DNA of 64,000 nucleotides from NCBI GenBank assembly GCA_963666565.1, contig OY762911.1, forward strand, positions 2,720,001 to 2,784,000, written 5' to 3'. Every line of letters begins with the position of its first letter. The first letter of the stretch is position 1. Made by a program: the position numbers and the translations under genes. Below the pieces are notes generated by a model that saw only the letters and a program-made list of their open reading frames with translations, was not told the origin of the DNA and did not search any database. Below are positions 1 to 10,292 of this stretch, one piece after another. Source of the DNA: Thermoanaerobaculia bacterium. Its GTDB lineage: Bacteria; Acidobacteriota; Thermoanaerobaculia; Multivoradales; Multivoraceae.

Positions 1-1
1 C

Positions 2-445
2 GTGAAGACGATCGTCCAGACCGAAGACCACTTCATGATCATGATCGAGTGGATGCACTGGGCCCGGGTCGTCCGCATCGGCGGCGAGCACATGCCGGCC
101 GAGTACACCTCGCTGAGCGGCGACTCGATCGGCTGGTGGGAAGGCGACACCCTGGTCGTCGAGACGACGAACTTCCGCGACATGCCCGATCTCCGCGGCG
201 AAGGCGTCCGCGTCATCGAGAAGTTCAGCCCCATCGACGGCGAGGGCCTGCTTTACAGCTTCACGGTGGAGAACCCGGAGTACGAAGCGCCGTACAGCGG
301 CGAACTGCCGTGGCCGAAGACGGACCAGAAGAGCTACGAGTACGCCTGCCACGAGGGCAACTACGCGATGGGCAACACGCTGCGCGGCGCCCGGCTGCTG
401 GAGGCGGAGTTCGAGAAGGGGCAGGCGAGCTCCGGCCAGGAGTAG
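2..445 (+). CDS. Conserved hypothetical protein, C-terminal part (5' end outside the window)
   Basis: Open frame from the window edge with coding-like codon usage. The motifs GDSIGWWEGDTLVVETTNF and YEYACHEGN recur in an uncharacterised family of exported proteins. Confidence 0.75.
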   Translation: MKTIVQTEDHFMIMIEWMHWARVVRIGGEHMPAEYTSLSGDSIGWWEGDTLVVETTNFRDMPDLRGEGVRVIEKFSPIDGEGLLYSFTVENPEYEAPYSGELPWPKTDQKSYEYACHEGNYAMGNTLRGARLLEAEFEKGQASSGQE

Positions 446-451
446 GCGGCG

Positions 452-1453
452 CTACACCGCCTGGATCTGCCGGCTCACGCGGCCGACGATCCGCGGCAGG
501 GCCTCGTGCGCTTCCGGCGGCACGCGGAATGTCGTCATCCAGGACAGGGCGGCGAGGTCCGCCAGGTCGACGGCGTCCCGACCGGCCAGCAGCGCGGCGC
601 CGCGCAGGATCTTGATCGCCTTGACGAGGAAGGTGCGGTCGGTGAGCAGGGAGTTCGTCTCGTTGCACTCGAACTCGAGCACCAGCGTGCGCAGCACGTC
701 GAGCAGGGCGGCGCGCACGGCCGGGCCGACCTCGACGTCGTACATGCGCCGGTTCAGCGCGTCGAGCGTGGCGCGGTCGGTCACGGGTTCCGGATCGGGC
801 TGTTCGACGACGGAACCAGCGGCGAAGCGGTCGATCAGGGTCTTCGCGTCGTCGACGCCGCTCTGGATCAGGCCGGAGACGCGCAACTGGAGGGCGAACC
901 GGTCGAGGTTCGCGGGGTCGAGGGGTTCGTTGTAGTACTCGTCGTCCATCGGGTTGCCGGTGGCGATGGCGGCCATCAGCGGGATCGGCTCGGCGCCGAA
1001 GCGGCGCTCGTTCAGGATGCGGAGCAGGACGTTCAGCGCTTCGCCGGGGGCGCGGGAGATGTCGTCCAGCACCGCAACCTCGGCGGTGAGCAGGCCGCCG
1101 GGCTCGATCCGCTGGTGGATCCGCTCCGCTTCGCCGGCAGTTCCGGGAGCGTCGCCGTCCGTCCGGACCTTGCGCCGCTCCAGGACGATGTCGCCGACGA
1201 GTTCGGCGAGCCGGGTGTCGCGGTGCAACTGGTAGAAGAAGAAGTCGAGGTCGGAGCCCCTGGCGGCGACTTCGGCGAGCCGGGTCTTGGCGGTACCGGG
1301 CGGGCCCTCGACGTAGATGTGCTCCCGCGTGATCAGGGCGAGGAGCAGGGCCGTCTTCACCTCGTCGTGGCCGACGACGTGGTGGTCGAGCAGATCGCGA
1401 AGGGGGGTCAGGTCGCTCACGGAACGCGGGACTCTATCCGCAAGCGAGGACAT
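452..1453 (-). CDS. MoxR/RavA-like AAA+ ATPase
   Basis: Walker A GPPGTAKT, Walker B region VAVLDDISRA, LNVLLRILNER, and LDRF arginine finger. An alternative GTG start lies at 1420. Confidence 0.85.
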   Translation of the reverse strand: MSSLADRVPRSVSDLTPLRDLLDHHVVGHDEVKTALLLALITREHIYVEGPPGTAKTRLAEVAARGSDLDFFFYQLHRDTRLAELVGDIVLERRKVRTDGDAPGTAGEAERIHQRIEPGGLLTAEVAVLDDISRAPGEALNVLLRILNERRFGAEPIPLMAAIATGNPMDDEYYNEPLDPANLDRFALQLRVSGLIQSGVDDAKTLIDRFAAGSVVEQPDPEPVTDRATLDALNRRMYDVEVGPAVRAALLDVLRTLVLEFECNETNSLLTDRTFLVKAIKILRGAALLAGRDAVDLADLAALSWMTTFRVPPEAHEALPRIVGRVSRQIQAV

Positions 1454-1517
1454 CCGACCGCTCGAAGACGGGCGTCCGGGCTGCGGCGCGGTTGGCCCGG
1501 GGACGCGCCAGCCGGTG

Positions 1518-3548
1518 TCACCGCTCCTCCAGCCGCAGGCCGCCGCCGGCCAGGGGGCGTCCGCAGAAACGCAGCCCGCTGGTTTCCAGCGAGATGTCGT
1601 CCAGGACGGGCGGACAGTCGCCGTTGCCCAGGAACACGGTGTGGAGCGCGACCCCGAGCCGGCGCGCCAGTTGCCGCTCGCGGCGGACGGTCGTGTCGCC
1701 GATGATCGGCAGGCCGTCGGTCAGCAGCACGACGTGGCGGTTGCGGCCGGAGCCGCCCCGCAGGCCCTCCAGCGCCGTGCGGAGCGGCGCTTCGTAGTTC
1801 GTCTGGCCGACCGCCTTGGCCTGCCCCGCCTGCTCGGCGAGGCGTGAGTACGAGCGATGCAACAGCCGGCCGCCGACGTGGTGAGGCAGCGCGCGGTGGT
1901 GGAACTCCACGTAGCCGACGCGCATGCGCCGGCGCGCCGCGACCCGCAGGATGCCGAGCACGACCTGGCTCGACCAGACGGTGAGCCGGCCCGCCATCGA
2001 GGCGGAGATGTCCCGCAGCACGGCGACCGCGCCTCCGGCGCTCCTGCGCTTGCGCTCGAACGTGCGCGGCGCACCGGGCAGCCGGCCTTCGGCGAACAGC
2101 AGGGCCTCGATCGCGTCGGCGTCGATCAGTTCGTCCAGGTCGCGCAGCGGGCGGTAGCCACGGGGCTGGCCGCCGGGGTCCGTGTCCGGGTCGATCCGGC
2201 CGCGCTCGATGCGGCCGACCAGCGCCCGCAGGAGGGGATCGACCTGGGCCGGCGGAGGTGGCTTCCCGAACAGGGTCGGGGGCGCCGGCAGGTCGGCCTG
2301 ATCGTCGATCCAGGAGTCGGAGGCCGGGGAGGCAGCCGCCGCGCCGTCGGAGTCGTCGCCCTGGGACTGCGCGCCCGGCATCTGCGCGCCGGTCTCGGCC
2401 ATCGTCACGTTGGGCGGATCGCCGAGCAGTTCCTCCAGGATGTGGTCGAAGTCCTCCTGCACCTCGTCCGGCAGCCGGTGGGCGACCATGTAGCGGATGG
2501 CGCCGAGATCGCGCGGCGCCGCCGCCGGGGCGCCGCGCAGGAACGCGTGGGCGCGGACGAGCCGGAGGGCGGCGGAGCTGAAGGAGCGATCCGACATCAG
2601 GCGGTCGCCCGAAGCCGACTCGTCGGCGCTGCGCTGGCGGAGGCGGTCCAGCAGGCGGTGGTAGGCGCCGAGGGTGCGCGGTTCGATCTGGAGCGCGGCC
2701 GCGGCGGCCTGCGCGGCCTTGCGCGTGGCGGTGTTCATCACCGCCGGGAGCGGCGTCGCGGGGCTTCCGGGAGCCGCCGGCCCGCCGGTCCCCGGAAACG
2801 CGGACGTCTCGCCCGCGTCGGGCCCGGGCCCGGCCCGATCCGGCCGGTGCGCGGCCCGGTCCGGCCGGTGCGCGGCCCGGTCCGGCCGGTACGCGGCGCC
2901 GTCCGGCTGGTGCGTGGCCCGGTCCGGCCTGCGCGCGGACTCGCGTTCCAGCAGGACGGCGGCTTCGTCGAAGAGTTGGCCGGTGAGCAGGCCGGTCAGG
3001 CGAAGCTGGACGGCGAAACGGTCGAGTTGGCCGGGCTCGAGCGGGTCGATCGGCGCTTCGACCTGCTCCAGCGGCCCGGTGGCCACGGCGGACTCGAGCG
3101 GCAACGCCTGCCCCAGGGCCTGCCGTTCGGCGAGGATCCGCAGCAAGGGGCCGAGGGCCTCGCCAGGGGACCGCGGCAGGTCTTCGAGCAGCGCGACCTC
3201 GGCCTGGAGCAGCGGCCCGGGGATGAGCTCCCGGCGCAGCCGCTCGTGGCTGGGGTGGCGATGGCGGCTCAGCAGCACGTCGCCGAGCAGGTCCGTCTCG
3301 CGGATGTCCCGGTGGAAGACGAGCGTGTGGGTTCGGGCCCCGGACAGCGAAGCCAGCGCGGCGGCCAACTCGGACTTGCCGCAGCCGGGCGGCCCTTCGA
3401 GGTACGCGTGCTGCTCTGCCAGCAACGCCAGCGTCAACCCCGTCGCCGCCTGGTCCTGGCCCACCAGCACCCGTCCCAACGCCGTCCGCAGGTCGACGAA
3501 GGCGCCAGCGAGCTTGGCCGTGCGGCGATCCGGAGCGGGCAGAGTCAC
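1518..3548 (-). CDS. AAA+ (MoxR/RavA-like) - VWA fusion protein
   Basis: N-terminal GPPGCGKS and LDRF; C-terminal MIDAS DISASM...TNY...LLTDG; acidic/Pro-rich linker. The GTG start at 3548 is inferred (the ORF is open to 3626). Confidence 0.8.
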   Translation of the reverse strand: MTLPAPDRRTAKLAGAFVDLRTALGRVLVGQDQAATGLTLALLAEQHAYLEGPPGCGKSELAAALASLSGARTHTLVFHRDIRETDLLGDVLLSRHRHPSHERLRRELIPGPLLQAEVALLEDLPRSPGEALGPLLRILAERQALGQALPLESAVATGPLEQVEAPIDPLEPGQLDRFAVQLRLTGLLTGQLFDEAAVLLERESARRPDRATHQPDGAAYRPDRAAHRPDRAAHRPDRAGPGPDAGETSAFPGTGGPAAPGSPATPLPAVMNTATRKAAQAAAAALQIEPRTLGAYHRLLDRLRQRSADESASGDRLMSDRSFSSAALRLVRAHAFLRGAPAAAPRDLGAIRYMVAHRLPDEVQEDFDHILEELLGDPPNVTMAETGAQMPGAQSQGDDSDGAAAASPASDSWIDDQADLPAPPTLFGKPPPPAQVDPLLRALVGRIERGRIDPDTDPGGQPRGYRPLRDLDELIDADAIEALLFAEGRLPGAPRTFERKRRSAGGAVAVLRDISASMAGRLTVWSSQVVLGILRVAARRRMRVGYVEFHHRALPHHVGGRLLHRSYSRLAEQAGQAKAVGQTNYEAPLRTALEGLRGGSGRNRHVVLLTDGLPIIGDTTVRRERQLARRLGVALHTVFLGNGDCPPVLDDISLETSGLRFCGRPLAGGGLRLEER
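2833..2928. repeat. 21-nt in-frame tandem repeat, about 4 imperfect copies (encodes RPDRAAH)
   Basis: Unit tccggccggtgcgcggcccgg is repeated within the AAA-VWA gene. Confidence 0.85.
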
Positions 3549-3736
3549 GGCGCGGAATGGTACTCGGCGAGTGCGTACCCCGCCTGCCGCCCCGCCGGGA
3601 CCGCAGGATGAGCATCGCGACTTCATGGAAGAACCCCGCGCCCGCCGCGGTTGCTAGGATGGCGGAAGCGTCGCTTTCCCGTGCCGTTGCCGTTTTGCCG
3701 GCGAGTGGCATTCAGGAAACCAGGAGGTCCCCAGGG

Positions 3737-5335
3737 ATGAAGAGAGTTGCGACGGTTGGACGACGGTGGGCGCTTTCGGCCGCGGTGGCCGGTTGTGCCC
3801 TCCTCTTGCCGGCCGGATATGGGTTGGCCGTGGCTGCGGATGCCGCGGTTGGCGTGGAGGCCGCGGTCCAGGACGACGAGAAGAAGAAGCGCAAGGCGGA
3901 GAAGAAGGCGGCGGCAAGAGCGGCGAAGGAGCAGAAGCGCCTGGAGAAGCAGCGCCGGCAGCGGGGCAGGACCGTGCGGGCGGTTGTCGTGCCGTCGGCG
4001 CCTGCCGCGCCAGCGGAACCGCCGGCCGCGAAGACGGCCGAACCGGCTGTGGCTGCCGTGCCGGAGGCCGCGGCGGCGCCCGAGCCTGCCGCGGCGCCCG
4101 AGCCTGCGGCCGCGCCGGAACCTGCGGCCGCGGCGGCGCCCAAGGTCGCGCCGGCACCCGTGGCTGCGCCGAAGGCCGAGCCTGCGAAGGCGGCGGCAGC
4201 GGAATCGGCTCGGACAGCTTCGGCACCGGCGCCGGAGCGAGAGCAGCCGCGCGTCGAACGGCCTGCTCCGCGTCCGGCCAGGACGAGAGATCCCTCGCCT
4301 GCGGCGTCTCCGGCCCGGGACATCGCCCTCAACGAGCGGATCCGTGTCGCCGAAGTGCTGCTGGACGTGCTGGTCACGGATCGCCAGGGCAACGTGATCG
4401 ACGACCTCGCCGCCCAGGACTTCGTCGTTCTCCACGACGGCGAGGAGCAGGAAGTGACGAGCGCCTCCTTCTACGGCGGTCCGAGCGAACTGGCGGCGCC
4501 GGGAGATGCCGGCACGACGCGCACCGACCGCTACTTCATCCTGATGTTCCATGACCAGCGGATGCAGGCGCCGCAGCTCGCGGGGCCGCAGATGGACAAC
4601 GCGCGCTGGCTCAGGCGGTGGATCGAGGACGAGTTGCAGCCGAACGACCAGGTGGCCGTCTTCGCCTACCAGGCGCGGCTCAAGGTCTACCTCGACTTCA
4701 CCCGCGACCGCGACGCGATCCTCGCGGCGGTGGATGCCGCTTCCCGCGGCAAGAAGGACATCGAGCGGTGGGTGACGCGGTCGTCGCCCGAGTTCGACCC
4801 GAACTCGCCGTCTCTCTTCGTCAACCTCCCGGTCGGCAAGGAACTCGCGCGCCGCAGCCGCAAGCTGCAGCAGGGCTTGGAACTGCTCGGCGAGGCGGCG
4901 GCGGGGATCGCGGGCCGCAAGAACCTCGTCATGTTCAGCCTCGGTTTCGGCGAGGTCGGCCGGTTCGGCGCCTACACGCCGGACCCGCGTTACTATCCGC
5001 AGATGCGGGAGGCGCTGAACGCCGGGAACGTCGCGGTCTACACGATCGACACGATGGGCAGCCGCCGCCGGTCGATCGCCTCGGCTTCCCTGAACGATTC
5101 GCTCAGCCTGCTCTCGAACGAGACGGGTGGCCACTACTACGCGAACTTCACGAACATCATGTCGCCGATGCGGCAGGTCGCCGAGGAGAACCAGGGCTAC
5201 TACCTCGTGAGCTTCCGCTCCGAGTACGAAGCCGGCACCCAGGGCTACCGCGACATCAAGGTCAAGGTCCGCGAAGGCAAGTACAAGGTCCGGTCGCGCA
5301 CCGGCTTCCGCTACGGCGAAGCCTCCGGGCCGTAG
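3737..5335 (+). CDS. Exported acidobacterial VWFA-related domain protein with a Lys-rich and Ala/Pro-rich N-terminal linker
   Basis: GGAGG at 3723 before ATG 3737; signal peptide; [45 protein letters not shown] and YRDIKVKV motifs; PEPAAA repeats. Confidence 0.8.
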   Translation: MKRVATVGRRWALSAAVAGCALLLPAGYGLAVAADAAVGVEAAVQDDEKKKRKAEKKAAARAAKEQKRLEKQRRQRGRTVRAVVVPSAPAAPAEPPAAKTAEPAVAAVPEAAAAPEPAAAPEPAAAPEPAAAAAPKVAPAPVAAPKAEPAKAAAAESARTASAPAPEREQPRVERPAPRPARTRDPSPAASPARDIALNERIRVAEVLLDVLVTDRQGNVIDDLAAQDFVVLHDGEEQEVTSASFYGGPSELAAPGDAGTTRTDRYFILMFHDQRMQAPQLAGPQMDNARWLRRWIEDELQPNDQVAVFAYQARLKVYLDFTRDRDAILAAVDAASRGKKDIERWVTRSSPEFDPNSPSLFVNLPVGKELARRSRKLQQGLELLGEAAAGIAGRKNLVMFSLGFGEVGRFGAYTPDPRYYPQMREALNAGNVAVYTIDTMGSRRRSIASASLNDSLSLLSNETGGHYYANFTNIMSPMRQVAEENQGYYLVSFRSEYEAGTQGYRDIKVKVREGKYKVRSRTGFRYGEASGP

Positions 5336-5394
5336 CTGCGGCTGCGCGGGGTTGCAGCCACACCTTTGGACGGAACGAGAGAGGAAGGGCCAGG

Positions 5395-6273
5395 ATGATC
5401 TCCGCCGACCACCGCTACGAGAAGAAACGGATCCAGGTTCACGGCCACGAGATGGCCTACGTCGACTACGGCGAAGGCGATCCGATCGTGTTTCTGCACG
5501 GCAATCCGACGTCGTCCTACCTGTGGCGCAACGTGATGCCGCATCTGGAGGGGAAGGGAAGGCTGGTGGCGCCTGACCTCATCGGGATGGGCGACTCGGC
5601 GAAGCTGCCGGACAGCGGGCCGGACCGGTATCGGTTCGTCGAGCACCGGCGCTACCTCGACGGGCTGCTGGAGGTGATCGGCGTTGCGGAGAACGTCGTG
5701 TTCGTGATCCACGACTGGGGTTCGGCGCTCGGTTTCGACTGGGCCAACCGGCACCGGGACGCGGTGCGGGGGATCGCCTACATGGAGGCGCTCGTCAGCC
5801 CGGTCCCGAGCTGGGACGCCTGGCCCGAGGCGGCGCGGGGCGTCTTCCAGGGGTTCCGATCGCCCGCCGGCGAGGGCATGGTGCTGGCGAAGAACGTCTT
5901 CGTCGAGCGGGTGCTGCCTGGGTCCGTGCTGCGGGGGCTGACGGACGAGGAGATGGCGGTCTACCGGCGCCCCTTCGCGGAGGAGGGCGAGTCGCGCCGG
6001 CCGACGCTGACGTGGCCGCGCCAGATCCCGATCGCCGGGGAGCCGGAGGACGTCGCTGCGATCGTGCAGTCCTACGCCGACTGGCTGACCGGGTCGGACG
6101 TGCCCAAGCTGTTCGTCAACGCGAAGCCCGGCGCCATTCTCACCGGCGCCATGCGGGAGGTCTGCCGCGCCTGGCCCAACCAGACGGAAGTGACGGTCAA
6201 GGGCTCCCACTTCATCCAGGAGGATTCCCCCGACGAGATCGGTTCCGCGATCTCGGAATGGTTGCCGTCCTAG
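5395..6273 (+). CDS. dhaA: Haloalkane dehalogenase (HLD-II, LinB/DhaA type)
   Basis: [14 protein letters not shown], nucleophile motif IHDWGSALG, acid in YMEA, base in GSHFIQED. Confidence 0.9.
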   Translation: MISADHRYEKKRIQVHGHEMAYVDYGEGDPIVFLHGNPTSSYLWRNVMPHLEGKGRLVAPDLIGMGDSAKLPDSGPDRYRFVEHRRYLDGLLEVIGVAENVVFVIHDWGSALGFDWANRHRDAVRGIAYMEALVSPVPSWDAWPEAARGVFQGFRSPAGEGMVLAKNVFVERVLPGSVLRGLTDEEMAVYRRPFAEEGESRRPTLTWPRQIPIAGEPEDVAAIVQSYADWLTGSDVPKLFVNAKPGAILTGAMREVCRAWPNQTEVTVKGSHFIQEDSPDEIGSAISEWLPS

Positions 6274-7422
6274 GCATCGACGACGGCGAGGTCGTCCTCG
6301 GCGTCATCGGGTCGGGCATCAACACCTGGCGGCTCGACGAGAGCGGCGCCGAACTCCAGGCGGCGCTGGAGGAACCGGCGCCCAGGGTCTTCAACGTCGG
6401 GGGGCGGGAGACTGTCAGCAGCAGCCGGCGTGAAAGGGACTACGGCCGCTTGGCCGTCTCGTCTCGGGGCGTAGCCCTTCGCCGACGACTTCACCGGCCT
6501 CCATCTGGCCAACGAGGACGGAATCGGCGGCCCGACGACCGTGGAGTTCCTGGGCGACCTGGACCGTCGGGGATCGCTTACCGCGGCCGTGGGACTCATC
6601 CGGACGGATGACGACGGCTGGGCGCCGTATGCGGCCTGGCTGATCGAGGATGGCGGCGGCGCGCCCCGCGGCCTCTTGCCGACCAGGGACGGCGGCCGCG
6701 CCCTGGAGGCGTGCAGTGTGGCCGAGCTTTCGGTGGTCCGGTTCGTCTCGGATGACCGCTTGCTGGTGATTCCCGGCGCGGAAGCCGGCGTCTTCGTTTA
6801 CGACCGCGACGGTGCGCTGCGCGACAGTCTGGATGCGGCGACCTTCTTCGCCGAGTCCGGCTGCGACAACGAACTCGACGAGTTCGGGAGTTCGCCGCTC
6901 CACGATGCCTACAGTCGTGCCGACTGGTTGGGTCCGCGCCGCATCGTCGACGAGGTCGTGGCCGACGGCGCCGGCAACGTGTACTTCTTCGTCCGGTACG
7001 GGGCCGAGAGTCGGCGGACGGCGGAGCTGGACGCCGCTGCAGGTTCGCGGTCCGCACTCGTTGGGGCCGGTTTCCAGGGATCGCGGCGGCAGCAGCTGCG
7101 GATGCGAGTCAGCCAGCCTCCGCGGCAGAACGTGAACGGCATTCGGGCCGGGAGCGTCGCGGATCGTGTCGTCGCCTCGGTACCGCCTCCGCGAGGCAGG
7201 GTGTGCTGGGACCTGGTTCACGCCCATGTCGACGATCTGCGGACGGTCACGAGGCAACCGTGCGCCGTCGAATCGGAGTTCGCGGATACCCGGCTGCGCG
7301 CCGACCTGCGGGGCGACCGTCTGGTGATCCTGCTTCGCGGCGGCGCCCTGCGGGGCGGGGACGCGCGGGCGGCGGAGGCCTTCGAAGCGCGTCTGCTCTC
7401 TCCGGCCGGTGCCGAGGGTTAG
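6274..7422 (+). pseudogene. 5'-truncated, frameshifted hypothetical protein
   Basis: A coding-like frame begins right after the dhaA stop (IDDGEVVLGVIGSG...SSRGVA). Removing one C at 6475-6477 joins it to FADDFTGLHL... in the frame of ORF 6541-7422. Confidence 0.6.
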
Positions 7423-7426
7423 GGCG

Positions 7427-10206
7427 GTGCGGTTCTCGATTCTCGTTTCCTTGTTCGCGGCCAGTGCGGTCGCGGTCCCCGGACTGGCTCAGGACGTAGC
7501 GTCGCCGGACGGCCCGTTCCAGTTCGTTTGCCCTCGGGAGAGCGAGCCCGCCTTCTCCGACGGGATCCCCGCGCGGGCCGACAGGACGTGGGAACGGCTG
7601 GACGACCTCCCGCCGGGCGGCGGGGCGCCGGCTGCCTGCTGGGCGTGGAGCGCGTCGTGTCCGCCCCGGCTGCTCGAGCCCGGACAGAACGCGGCCGCCG
7701 CCTGCCGCGCCGGCGTCGATTCGTTCAGGCCCCTGAACGTCCGCCTTGTGGTCCCCGATGCCTCCAAGGCGGACGGCGACCCGGCGGACAGGACGGCGGC
7801 CACGGCCAGCTTCGAGGTCGTCGCGGCGCCCGCCGAGTTCGAGGTGGTCGCGGCGCCGGCGGCGATGTGGCGGGAGGTGCCCTGGAACCTGCTGCCGTCG
7901 ACCGCCGTCGCGTCGGGATCGCTCTCCCTGCTCCGCGACGACGAAACGTGGCGAGTCCAGGCGCTCGCTGACGGCCTCGCCTCGACCTGGCGGGACGTGA
8001 CTCCTGAAGAGGGGGCGGTGGAGCTCGCGCTGCGGGACGCGGTGGAGTTCACGGTGCAGGCGACTGCCGGCGGCGCGCCCCTTGCCGGCGCCCGCTTGTA
8101 CCTGGTGCGACCGGCTTCGGGGCTGATGACCGCCATACCCGAGTTTCTGGGCTTCGGGATCTCGGACGCCGGCGGCAGGGTGAGCCTGACCCTGTCCGAG
8201 CGGGAGCGTGCGGCGGTCCTCGTCTCCCACGTCGCCCGGACCGCGTCGGCCTTCGGGCGTCTCGCCGAGGTGCCGCCGGTCGTCGAACTCGGTCCGGGGT
8301 TCGCCTTGACGGGCCGACCGTGGACGCGGAAGGACGGCCAGTGGCCGGAGTGCGGTTGCTGGGTCTGTCGTGGGTGGCGAGCGAGCTCGCGGTAATGCAG
8401 CGCCACCTGGGCCTGTCCGTATCGTGGCTGGCGGCGCCGGCGCGACGGCCGGAGAGCCGGTCGTGCTGGGGCTGGCGCCGGCCTTTACGGTCGAGGGCGT
8501 CTTCGTGGCGGCCGACGGCGTGACTCCCGCCGCTTCCGGGCGGCTACACGCTGGAACTGACGGCAGCGAACGCCGGCCGGCGGGTGCTGGAGGTCTCGGG
8601 ATCGGCGGGCGAGGCGCGCGACCTGGGGGTTGTCGTGGCCCCGGCGTCGGCCTGGGTGTCCGGGACCGTCGTGAGTCCCGAGTACGCTCCGGTTCCCGGC
8701 GCCAGGATCTCCTACCTGCGTCCGACCGAGTTCGGCGCCTTGTTGGCCAGAGCGATGGGGGGCGTGGTGGAGATCACGGCGAATGCCGATGGCTACTTCG
8801 AGATGCACGGCCTGGAACTCGGCCCGGCGAGCCTCCGCGTGGAGGCGGAGGGATTCGCTCCGCTGGAGTTCGAGGTCGAGGCCGCGGCAATCGAGTGGGT
8901 CGATGCCGGCTTCGTCGAGCTCTCGCGCGGGCGCCGGATCACTGTGCGTTCCGACGTCGACGGCGGCGGGGTGAACCTCGATCCGGGTCCCGAGCACGAT
9001 CCCCTGGGGCCGATGAAGGGCAAGGTGGTCGGCGGCGAGGCCGTGTTCGAGAACGTTCCCGAGGCGCCGCTGCGGGTGCGGGTCATGGACGAGGGCGTGC
9101 CGGTCTGCGAGCGCCGCGAGGAGGCCGGAACCGGCGACGAGGCGATCCGGTGCGACCGGAGCACGGTGACGGTGACCGGTCTGGTGACGGTCGGAGGGCA
9201 GCCTGGAAAGGGGAGGTTGAGTTGGCTGTCGAAGGTGGAGAACCCGCAACCCGAAGGAGTCGGGAGAATCCTCGGCTCGCCGCTTGGACGGACTCTGGGC
9301 GTTTCCAGCAAGCTCGAACTGACGGCGTTCCTCGACGGCGAGGGCCGCTATCGGCTGGAGTCGATGCTCCCGGGCGAGTGGAACGTGACCCTCCGGTCGG
9401 AGACTGACGGAATGCAGGAGCGGCGCGAGATCACGGTGCCGGAGGCTCCAGGCGAGGAGGTAGTCGTCGACTTCCGCTACGGCGGCGTGGCGATCGAGGG
9501 AAGCGTCGTCGATGCCGAGGGACAGCCCGTTGCTCACGCGACGGTCGACGTCTTTCCGGACCGCCAGACAGTGGGGACGGGCCGGAACGGCCGCTACGAG
9601 ATCATGGATCTGGCGCCGGGCGCGTACCAGTTGCGGGCGAGGTTCCAGCACTCCCGCTCCGACTTGGTGGACGTGGAGCTCCGCGACTACAACGACCTGC
9701 AGTCCGTCCAACTGCACCTGCGCGACGATCCCCCGGACGACGAACTCGCGGTCCGGCTCGCCGGCGCCGCCGGCGGCTTCTGCTTCGTCGAGATGGAAGG
9801 CGCCGGGCAGCGGACCGTCCGGATCGATGGCGGCGCGGCGAGCACGAAACTCACTCCGCCTCTCACCGACCGGGTCCGCGTCGCCTGCCAGGCCGACGGA
9901 CGCTGGGTCCTCACCGGCTGGCGGGATCTCGAACCCGCGCTGGAGCGCGGTATCGACCTCGATCCCTTCGAGTCGGATTCCTCGATCGTCCTGACCGGCG
10001 AGCCGTCGACGGCGGCGGTGCAGGTGACCGGCCCGGGCGGCTGGGATCTAGGCTCTCTCCGCATCTGGTTCGGCGGCGCGACGACGTTCCCCGTCGGCGA
10101 GACGATTCCCAACCTGCCGGAGGGCGAGTACACCCTGCGCTGGGGGAACCAGGTGCGGACCGTGTGGACGGAACGGCGGCGGACCGCCGAGGTGGAGATC
10201 GAGTAA
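7427..10206 (+). pseudogene. Carboxypeptidase-regulatory-like (prealbumin-fold) repeat exported protein with multiple frameshifts
   Basis: Signal peptide at 7427. Coding sense switches frame near 8318, 8418 and 8545 (ALTGR / VDAEGRPVAGV / ...FTVEGVFVAADG / YTLELTA...). A downstream intact repeat reads IEGSVVDAEGQPVAHATV. Confidence 0.7.
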
Positions 10207-10243
10207 GAGTGCGGAGCCGGCCTGACGGCCGGCCCGTTTCTTT

Positions 10244-10285
10244 GCCGCCTTCGGCGGCGGCGGGTCAGAAGACCCGCGCACCCAG
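10244..10285 (-). repeat. REP-like double-hairpin repeat, copy 1
   Basis: Minus strand ctgggtgcgcgggtcttctgacccgccgccgccgaaggcggc, between convergent genes. Confidence 0.85.
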
Positions 10286-10292
10286 TAGGCCG

